A stretch of DNA of 64,000 bases. It comes from a virus. The notes beneath the pieces were generated by a model. The model searched no databases. It was not told the origin of the DNA and saw only the letters and a program-made list of their open reading frames with translations. The stretch lies in IMG/VR virus record IMGVR_UViG_3300000301_000012, positions 1 through 64,000 of that record; one strand, written 5' to 3'. Position 1 is the stretch's first letter, and the number at the start of each line of letters is the position of its first letter. Below are positions 6,452-12,389 of the stretch, piece by piece. Both the position numbers and the translations under genes were made by a program.

Positions 6452-6977
6452 ATATAATGCCCTGGTTGCCAATCCTTCTCTGGTACTCAGACCTCTGGAG
6501 CGGCCGGGCCAGCCGCAAGAGTTTCTTTAATAAGGGAAACTACATAAAGACCTCCCCATCTTTCGTTAGGGACACGCTGAGGTTTAAGACCTCCCCCGTC
6601 TGTCGTTAGGGGTCACGCCGAGATTTTCAGGCACGAGGTACTCAGTACACACCCCGCTATTACGAGCGCCCGATGATGGACGCACTTAGTTTTTTCTCCG
6701 CAGAGAGGATATACTTTAACCCGAACTAGTTCTAGGCCTTTTTACTTCTTTACGCACATAAAAGACCACATAAACAACGCGCCATTTTACGAATTATTTC
6801 CACAGTTTGGGAGCCATACAAAAATAGTAACGAGGGCTTCGTCAGAAAGTTCTTATGCGACAAGAACTTACAATGAACGCTTTGAGTTTTTTCCTCGGAG
6901 TAAACCATCAACTAAATTTCTCGTATACAGAAACTTAATCTATTTTACAATCCTAGAAAAACGTTCCAAAGATTTAA
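6452..6977 (-). ncRNA. large structured non-coding RNA candidate (about 525 nt; ROOL/GOLLD-like context, class unconfirmed)
   Basis: No ORF, and visibly GC-richer than its flanks. It has many hairpins (AAGTTCTT/AAGAACTT, GCGGC/GCCGC, GTTTC/GAAAC). The module CCC(C)TAACGANAGAYGGGG(G)AGGTCTT is duplicated. It sits flush between two tRNA-type ends. Confidence 0.55.
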
Positions 6978-7509
6978 TGGTGGGCCATCTTGGTATCGAA
7001 CCAAGCGAGTCACAATGACAGCGGCTTTTGGAGATAGAATTTAGATTTGAACTAAAAAGTTGCAAGTATTAAATCCTTGGTTATTGGAATTTGGGATAGT
7101 TCTTAAAACTATTCTTGAAAGATTTCCAGATTTACGAATCTCTTCAACGGGAATTACAAAAAGATTCTTCATATCATCAGCACAAAATAATAAATCTACT
7201 GGATGATTTAGTAAATTATCATAAACTTGTCCCTTTGTTCCGCCTTTGTTTACCAATGAAATCTCCTTATTTTTACTAGCTGTAAATTTACATTGTACTG
7301 TTTGAAAAATATCATCTTTTTCTACAACTAAATCATACCATTGTGTATCATTAATTGGTAAACTAACAGTATAACCATTGGAACCAAAATATGCGATAGC
7401 AAGACTTAATCCCGCTCTTCCTTTATCCCTATTATTTAATAATTGCATAACCCTCCTCCATTAGGATTCTACCACAGGCCGCCCCGTCTCCTTAACGGAA
7501 TACTGACCC
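6978..7509 (-). mobile_element. tRNA-shaped shell carrying a PD-(D/E)XK endonuclease gene (free-standing)
   Basis: The 5' end reads GGGTCAG-TA-TTCC-GTTAA-GGAG and the 3' end CTTGG-TTCGATA-CCAAG-ATGGCCC-A-CCA, with 6 of 7 acceptor pairs. The architecture matches 5747-6415. Confidence 0.4.
7041..7448 (-). CDS. PD-(D/E)XK homing-endonuclease-like protein (I-Ssp6803I-like family)
   Basis: 135 aa with GGAGGAGGG before the ATG. The translation KGRAGLSLAIAYFGSNGYTVSLPINDTQWYDLVVEKDDIFQTVQCKF matches the D...(D/E)xK pattern of the small PD-(D/E)XK intron endonucleases. Confidence 0.7.
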   Translation of the reverse strand: MQLLNNRDKGRAGLSLAIAYFGSNGYTVSLPINDTQWYDLVVEKDDIFQTVQCKFTASKNKEISLVNKGGTKGQVYDNLLNHPVDLLFCADDMKNLFVIPVEEIRKSGNLSRIVLRTIPNSNNQGFNTCNFLVQI

Positions 7510-7596
7510 ATATAATGGCGGTTGGAGCTTATTTTAATTCGACGTCCGCCAACTCGAATGAAGGTTGAGTTATTGTCATTATACCTACAATATGAC

Positions 7597-7672
7597 TGGT
7601 CACGCCATCGGGAATCGAACCCGAATTACGGGATTGAAAGCCCCGTTTCCTTACCGTTTAGAAGATGGCGCG
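7597..7672 (-). tRNA. tRNA-Glu(UUC)
   Basis: Acceptor CGCGCCA/TGGCGTG. Anticodon stem CGGGG/TCCCG with loop CUUUCAA. T-arm TCGGG-TTCGATT-CCCGA, A-CCA. Confidence 0.85.
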
Positions 7673-7906
7673 ATAGAAATAGGAGTGACCGCCCTCCTAT
7701 TGGGTCTGTTGTTCCACTCCTATCGGTAGTTTTTAAATGGTGTTACCGACACCGATTTGCGTCAGGAGGAGTATCCTCCCCAATGGAATTTGTTGATACA
7801 ATCATAGAACCATCTCCTTCCAATAAACGCTTTTTAAGACTTAGCGTGGTACGCATTATTAAGAGGCGTGCTAAGTTCATTTCTACAAGAGGAACTTCCC
7901 ACTTGG
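7673..7906 (-). ncRNA. unassigned structured spacer immediately 3' of the suppressor tRNA
   Basis: No credible ORF. Hairpins are AGGAG-TGACCGCC-CTCCT, GGAGGA-GTA-TCCTCC, CGGTA...TACCG and CTTAGC...GCTAAG enclosing GCGT-GGT-ACGC. Confidence 0.35.
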
Positions 7907-7982
7907 TGGCAGCGGTTCTCAGAATCGAACTGAGTCCATCGCTTTTAGAGAGCGAGGCGCTAAACCGTTACGCTAAACCGCA
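7907..7982 (-). tRNA. amber suppressor tRNA(CUA), Gln-like identity features
   Basis: Anticodon stem TCGCT/AGCGA with loop CUCUAAA; the anticodon is complementary to plus-strand tag at 7946-7948. D-arm GCGT-AACGGTTTA-GCGC and T-arm CTCAG-TTCGATT-CTGAG. Acceptor TGCGGTT/AACCGCT has a U1-U72 mismatch, G2-C71 and discriminator G. CCA is followed by a second CCA. Confidence 0.85.
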
Positions 7983-8014
7983 TCATTCAAGTTTTTGAAT
8001 GGAACTTTAACCAT

Positions 8015-8089
8015 TGGGTGCAGAGGAAGGATTCGAACCTTCGATCTCCGACTCATGAGGACGGTGAGATACCACTTCTCTACTCTGCA
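8015..8089 (-). tRNA. tRNA-Met(CAU) (elongator Met or Ile2; not resolvable by eye)
   Basis: Acceptor TGCAGAG/CTCTGCA, loop CUCAUGA, T-arm GAAGG-TTCGAAT-CCTTC, C-CCA. The anticodon stem has one U-U mismatch. Confidence 0.75.
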
Positions 8090-8097
8090 ATATAGAC

Positions 8098-8162
8098 AAG
8101 GCACATAAGTAACAATAATTTCTCACCCAAGAAAAGCTGTTATTAATTGCTGTTTGCGCCTT
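8098..8162 (-). ncRNA. acceptor-stem-like hairpin spacer with conserved box (family member)
   Basis: Terminal stem AAGGCGCA/TGTGCCTT (one G-U pair), followed by the box AACAGCAATT. Confidence 0.35.
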
Positions 8163-8214
8163 TCTTTATCTTACATAAATATTATATAAGATTTTTAAAA
8201 ACTTTTCAAATTTC

Positions 8215-8337
8215 AAGATACCGTTAGAATAATTATTGCCTTACCATTTAGGCGATTTCTAAAATGATTAGAAAGTAAGAATCGAACTTACAATAGATAA
8301 TTTCCAAAAAATAATTATTGGTTGCTGTAGGTATCTT
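8215..8337 (-). ncRNA. circularly permuted, capped tRNA-like RNA on a basal stem (YrlA/Y-RNA-like architecture)
   Basis: The minus strand reads: basal AAGATACC, box TACAGCAA, then ATTAT, CTATT, T-arm GTAAG-TTCGATT-CTTAC. The acceptor TTTCTAA-TCATT-TTAGAAA is closed by a loop. Then come TC, D-arm GCCT-AAATGGTA-AGGC, A, ATAAT and basal GGTATCTT. Confidence 0.55.
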
Positions 8338-8341
8338 TAAC

Positions 8342-8415
8342 TGGCAGAAAACGTCGGTGCTGCCCCGCTATTCCACCTCCCAAAGATGGCGTGTTACTGT
8401 TACACTACGTTCTCT
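8342..8415 (-). tRNA. tRNA-Pro(UGG)
   Basis: Acceptor (A)GAGAAC(G)/(C)GTTTTC(T). Anticodon stem CCATC/GGTGG with loop UUUGGGA. The T-arm is weak and non-canonical (loop GGCAGCA). It abuts tRNA-Ala. Confidence 0.7.
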
Positions 8416-8491
8416 TGGTGGAACTAAGGGGATTCGAACCCCTAACCCTCTGCGTGCAAAGCAGATGCGCTTCCAATTACGCTATAGCCCC
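8416..8491 (-). tRNA. tRNA-Ala(UGC)
   Basis: Acceptor GGGGCTA/TAGTTCC carries the G3-U70 alanine identity pair. Loop UUUGCAC, T-arm AGGGG-TTCGAAT-CCCCT, A-CCA. Confidence 0.9.
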
Positions 8492-8640
8492 ACGTTTAGC
8501 GGCCGTTGCCATCCGCCATTCGTATCCTCTTATGCAGCAACGAACCGAGGAATTATAGGTTTTTATTTGTAAGCTACCTACAAACTTACTGGTAGGAGTG
8601 GCGGGACTCGAACCCGCACGACCACAAGCCAGCTGATTTT

Positions 8641-9387
8641 CATACTACTCTATGTCACCATAGCCGCATTACTGCGTTGTAGTCTGGACTATGTCTTCAC
8701 CATATCTCTCAACTTAGGTGGTTGGTATATAGTCTCTACACATTTATTTGGTGCAGTTCTTTCCACGATAGGAATCTGTTAAAGCGTGACAATTTGGACA
8801 TAATAATTCATAATTTTCTATACTATTATTATGTCTATTGCCATCTTTATGATGTAACTCTAATGGAATTGGATTGCCAAGCCATTCGGTTAAACCGCAA
8901 TGTTCACACTTATGTTCTTTATACCCTTCTTCTAACAACTTTATTCTAACTTTGTTTGATTGAATATCTTTGCTATTTTCAAGATATTGAACTAATGTCA
9001 TTTTTTCTTTAACTTTAGAATAACCTTTTCCACTTTGATTTCCATCATACTTTAAGCCTAATCTCTCTAATACGCTATTAATAGTTTTAGGATTACATCC
9101 TAATTCTCTTGCCATATAAGCTTTAGATCTGTTCTCAGAAATCCATCGTTCAATTTCTGCCTTACGCTCTAAAATATCTGTTCTCATAAGTATCACTCCT
9201 TTTTTTTCTTTCTACTTATAAGTAGAAAAGGAACACACTTATTACAGAATTTTGATGCGTAATCCAAAATTTAGCACGGCGTTCTGTGTTTGCCTTCGCC
9301 GTTTAGCCAACTTCTACTTTCACAATTTCTTGTGAAGCACTCTCTATCCAAAAGATAGCACTTCTTTTTAGGAAGTGAAACACATTA
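8641..9387 (-). mobile_element. group I intron with HNH homing-endonuclease ORF
   Basis: The 5' splice site follows U and the 3' splice site follows G. The core element GGCTAAACGGCG...ACGCCGTGCTAAATT resembles the P4-P6/P7 region of phage group I introns such as T4 td. The insertion site is the classical tRNA-Leu(UAA) position. Confidence 0.7.
8744..9187 (-). CDS. HNH homing endonuclease (intron-encoded)
   Basis: The translation has CEHCGL...LELHHKDGNRHNNSIENYELLCPNCHA. AGGAGTG lies 6 nt before the ATG at 9187. Stop is TAA. Confidence 0.85.
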   Translation of the reverse strand: MRTDILERKAEIERWISENRSKAYMARELGCNPKTINSVLERLGLKYDGNQSGKGYSKVKEKMTLVQYLENSKDIQSNKVRIKLLEEGYKEHKCEHCGLTEWLGNPIPLELHHKDGNRHNNSIENYELLCPNCHALTDSYRGKNCTK

Positions 9388-9587
9388 AAGTCAGCAGCGT
9401 ATACCGATTTCGCCACACTCCCATAGCGTCCCTCTCGTTTCATAGCTCATTGAGCCGATTTTGCAGGCTTGGGACTGCCGATGGCACGATTAACGCTAAA
9501 TGCCGAACTGAGAGAGTGAAAGGAAAGGAAAAATCTCTCTCATTCAACATTAATATTATATCAAAATTTTTAGTTTATTTCAAATTT

Positions 9588-9722
9588 TTAATACTCATCA
9601 TCTAAAAAGTAGAATGGATCATCCTGCTCTTCATTAATCCAGAAAGCGCCGCCTGAAAAGCCATATTCGCCAAAAAAATCATCATACTGAATATCATCGA
9701 ATCCATCAAAGTAATCTCCCAT
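9588..9722 (-). CDS. small acidic hypothetical protein (44 aa)
   Basis: AAAGGAGC lies before the ATG at 9722 and the stop is TAA. The translation begins MGDYFDGFDDIQYDDFFGEYG. Confidence 0.35.
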   Translation of the reverse strand: MGDYFDGFDDIQYDDFFGEYGFSGGAFWINEEQDDPFYFLDDEY

Positions 9723-9768
9723 TTTTAAGCTCCTTTCTTAACTTTCTGTATATATTATACAGAATTTT

Positions 9769-9906
9769 TTATTCATTTTCAAATTTTTTCTTGTGTTTTT
9801 CTTTTCGAGAATATTTCTTTTTATTAGGTATAATCTTCGTAGAAGGATTGAGGCCACTCCAATCCTTACGAATCTTTTTAAAAGTTTCGTAAGTTTTATT
9901 CTCCAT
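9769..9906 (-). CDS. small basic hypothetical protein (45 aa)
   Basis: GGAAGGTGAG lies before the ATG at 9906 and the stop is TAA. Confidence 0.35.
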   Translation of the reverse strand: MENKTYETFKKIRKDWSGLNPSTKIIPNKKKYSRKEKHKKKFENE

Positions 9907-9951
9907 TTCTCTCACCTTCCTTTAATATTATATATAAAAATTAAAGAAAAC

Positions 9952-10269
9952 TCAAATTTTTTCCATCTCTTTTTTATCTTGAGTAATTGCTTCCGCACGT
10001 GTATTAAGAAGTTTAATGAACTGACTTACTTCTTTTGACTTCTTAAAGATGGCGACTGGATATTTATGACCTTTGCCGATAATTTCCGCACCCAATTCAT
10101 CGCGTGCCATACGAAGATATTGTGCATAGCTAAGACCCATTACTCGTGCAGGAATAATATTATAACTTCCTGTTGTATATTTTAAGTTGAAATTGTCAAA
10201 GTTGGCTCTAATTGTATAGTGTTCATTTTGGATAGGATACTCATCAAGATAAAAATATTCTTTTTTCAT
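9952..10269 (-). CDS. hypothetical protein
   Basis: Track ORF trimmed to the ATG that follows GGGAGGAG. Stop is TGA. Confidence 0.55.
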   Translation of the reverse strand: MKKEYFYLDEYPIQNEHYTIRANFDNFNLKYTTGSYNIIPARVMGLSYAQYLRMARDELGAEIIGKGHKYPVAIFKKSKEVSQFIKLLNTRAEAITQDKKEMEKI

Positions 10270-10574
10270 AGAGTCATCTCCTCCCAAAGTTCTTCAATTT
10301 CAATTTCTTCTTTTTGACTTAGTACACATAAGTCGCCATAATTCTCAAGTCCTCTAAACATTTTAAGAACATCTTCAAAAGGAGGAAGTTCATCACGACT
10401 AAATGTTTTCTTGGGTTTATTCTGCGCCGGCTGGTAATTTGGAATAATATACTTTTTTACTGTAGTAGGAGAGGGAGAACCACCCATAGCTCTACTAACA
10501 CCAGCATAAGTTCCAATTTTTAAATAAAGTTCATTAAGTTCAATTATTTGCTCTTGAGTAATTTTACTTGCCAT
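10266..10574 (-). CDS. hypothetical protein (possible HTH)
   Basis: Track ORF trimmed to the ATG that follows AAAGGTGAG. Stop is TGA. Confidence 0.55.
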   Translation of the reverse strand: MASKITQEQIIELNELYLKIGTYAGVSRAMGGSPSPTTVKKYIIPNYQPAQNKPKKTFSRDELPPFEDVLKMFRGLENYGDLCVLSQKEEIEIEELWEEMTL

Positions 10575-10622
10575 TTTTCTCACCTTTCAATAAATATTAT
10601 ATAAAAAATTTAAAAGAAAATC

Positions 10623-10648
10623 AAAAAAGGAGCTTCCGAAGAAGCTCC
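10623..10648 (-). terminator. rho-independent terminator (minus strand)
   Basis: Stem GGAGCTTC-CGAA-GAAGCTCC is followed by TTTTTT on the minus strand, just after the TAA of the vWA gene. Confidence 0.7.
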
Positions 10649-10654
10649 CTTATA

Positions 10655-12130
10655 TTAAACTTTACCAATCCAAACGCAATCATACATAGGATTATTAAGA
10701 GTTTCAATCATAACATCCCAACCAGTCTTACCGTTCAACGCAGCAGTCAGTTCTTTAAAAGAAGAAGGAGAACCGCCACTTACATGGATAAGATCAGGAC
10801 TATTACCCAAGAAAGTATTGCTACGAGCGTAAACATTCCAAAGAACTAGCTTAGGAAGATTAAAACCGTATTTAGCAAATTTCTTCCTCTGAATTTCTAC
10901 GAAATCATCATTAATATTATCTCTTTGAGAAATCCAGTCAATTTCCATATCAGAAATAACGATAATAGCTTTAGGCATTTCATCGTTAGGAATCTTATAG
11001 TCAATACCAGTTCTCAATACTAAATTGAAAGCTTCATTTAAATCAGTATTATATCCAAAATCCGTCCCTTCGGCCTTTACTATTTTTTGATAAATGTCGT
11101 CACTCTCTTTAAGAGTAATAAAATGAGGATTATCAGTAAAAGTCATGTAAAGATTATGGAAATAACCTTTATTTCTTTCAGCAAAATAAACTGCCAAACT
11201 AGTAGACATTGCCATAGGACGTCCAGACATAGAACCAGATACATCAGCCATAACAATATAGTTATTTTCACCTTCGACATAATTAGGAAGTCCATTCCAC
11301 TGAGCCTGGAGTAAATCTCTAGCTTGCATATTACAGCTACTAATTCTATCTGATTTTTCCTTAAGGTCGTAAGGATAAAGGACAGAACTATTGACTTTAG
11401 ATTCGCCAGTCTTTAAACCTGCAACATATTCATTAAATCTATCTTCATCATGTCTACGGAAAGCATCGGAATAATTCTTCATAGCATAAGAAGGAACATT
11501 ATCATAAATAATTTCATCCCAATTATTCGCAGACATATCTCTCTCAACAATTCGAATAGCATGACGCAACCTAGACAGAGCTTTACGATAAGTTCTGCTA
11601 GTCATACCCAACTCACCAATGGCGCGCCGTGCAAGATGAATAGTCTCAGGAGAAGAAGCATTTTCAGAAGGCATCCACTTACCCAGAAGACTTACAGAAT
11701 TGCCCTTAGCGCAATTAACTAGATCTTCTTTAAAGGTTTCCTTAATCAAATCCCACATTACCTTCTCGCATTTTGTTCCAGTAAGAACAAAAAGAGAATC
11801 CCAACGATTAAAATGGGGAATCAACTTAATATTATTCTCTACATATTTAGGCGCAATATTTGCCAAAGTTTTTAGACAAATACGGAAAGTTCTGCGCTCA
11901 CCTAAACCGCCACGAATGTTACCGGCATAAAATAACATCTTAGTAGTCAATTCAGGATTTTCTCTAAAAGAATTTGTAAACATTTCACTAATGTCTTTCA
12001 CACTTCGACTTCTCAAAGCACCGATGACACCAAAAAGAGATAAAACATTACTATCCAAACAGGAATAAGCGTTCATTCCATTTTCAGTAAACTTATCGGT
12101 AGTATTCTTAGCGGCTTGTGCAAAATTCAT
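10655..12130 (-). CDS. DUF2828-type protein with C-terminal vWA domain (Ro60/TROVE-like architecture)
   Basis: 491 aa. The N-terminal region reads TENGMNAY...LFYAGNIRGGLGERRTFR. The C-terminal vWA domain has the MIDAS motif DVSGSMSG. The TROVE-plus-vWA order matches Ro60. Confidence 0.75.
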   Translation of the reverse strand: MNFAQAAKNTTDKFTENGMNAYSCLDSNVLSLFGVIGALRSRSVKDISEMFTNSFRENPELTTKMLFYAGNIRGGLGERRTFRICLKTLANIAPKYVENNIKLIPHFNRWDSLFVLTGTKCEKVMWDLIKETFKEDLVNCAKGNSVSLLGKWMPSENASSPETIHLARRAIGELGMTSRTYRKALSRLRHAIRIVERDMSANNWDEIIYDNVPSYAMKNYSDAFRRHDEDRFNEYVAGLKTGESKVNSSVLYPYDLKEKSDRISSCNMQARDLLQAQWNGLPNYVEGENNYIVMADVSGSMSGRPMAMSTSLAVYFAERNKGYFHNLYMTFTDNPHFITLKESDDIYQKIVKAEGTDFGYNTDLNEAFNLVLRTGIDYKIPNDEMPKAIIVISDMEIDWISQRDNINDDFVEIQRKKFAKYGFNLPKLVLWNVYARSNTFLGNSPDLIHVSGGSPSSFKELTAALNGKTGWDVMIETLNNPMYDCVWIGKV

Positions 12131-12166
12131 TTGACATTTCTCCTTTTACTCAATAAAGTAAAAGCT

Positions 12167-12277
12167 AGACGCAATAGCTCCAAAGAAGGGACTCGAACCC
12201 TTAAATACTGAATTTAACGTTCAGAGCTTTTTCCTTTTAAGCTACTTCGGAAATCTCTCGCTTCGCTGTTCGCGTCT
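12167..12277 (-). ncRNA. stem-enclosed tRNA-like RNA directly upstream of the Ro60-like gene
   Basis: Basal pairing AGACGC (12277-12272 complement) with GCGTCT (12172-12167 complement). The box-like GAACAGCG follows the 5' arm. It encloses the cloverleaf at 12178-12251. Confidence 0.45.
12178..12251 (-). tRNA. tRNA-like cloverleaf with UUA in the anticodon position and G33 (probably not a decoding tRNA)
   Basis: Acceptor TCCGAAG/CTTTGGA and D-arm GCTT-AAAAGGAAA-AAGC. Anticodon stem CTGAA/TTCAG with loop CGUUAAA. T-arm AAGGG-TTCGAGT-CCCTT, no CCA. Confidence 0.5.
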
Positions 12278-12389
12278 TAACTTTTCTGTAATTATTATCT
12301 CAAGATTTTCATTATTTTTCAAATTTTAAAAAGAAAAGAGAAAAGTTGAAACTTTTCTCCTTTTAATTATAATTATTTTTCATTTTATA

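Larger units (their letters stand above)
8590..9422 (-). tRNA. tRNA-Leu(UAA) split by a group I intron between U34 and A35
   Basis: The 5' exon (9422-9388) reads GGGAGTG-TG-GCG-AAATCGGTATA-CGC-T-GCTGA-CTT. The 3' exon (8640-8590) reads AAAA-TCAGC-long variable arm-GCGGG-TTCGAGT-CCCGC-CACTCCT-A-CCA. Joined, the loop is CUUAAAA. Confidence 0.8.

Noticed and set aside
6452-7509. tmRNA (possibly permuted or intron-containing), suggested by the T-arm/ACCA end at 6978 followed by pseudoknot-like repeats
   Set aside because: The candidate acceptor stem has no G3-U70 alanine identity pair. There is no UUCGAC-type 5' element, and I could not find a plausible tag reading frame.
7510-7596. An additional tRNA between tRNA-Glu and the PD-(D/E)XK shell (sequence ends in CGCCA)
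   Set aside because: Only a TGGCGG/CCGCCA hairpin ending in CCA can be drawn, and no cloverleaf with a matching acceptor stem. It is left unassigned.
3777-8572. Plus-strand track ORFs 3777-4052, 4572-4913, 7522-7998 and 8318-8572
   Set aside because: They run antisense across tRNA genes and structured RNA. They have no ribosome-binding sites, and their translations are low-complexity artefacts of the GC-richer tRNA sequence.
9194-9200. AGGAGTG as the 5' acceptor strand for the tRNA-Leu 3' half
   Set aside because: It is the ribosome-binding site of the intron HNH gene and no D-arm follows it. The true 5' exon is at 9388-9422.
12178-12251. The UUA-anticodon cloverleaf as a functional ochre (TAA) suppressor
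   Set aside because: TAA is the main terminator throughout the window. The loop has G33 instead of U33, there is no CCA, and the element is clamped by an outer stem. A tRNA mimic is more consistent with these features.
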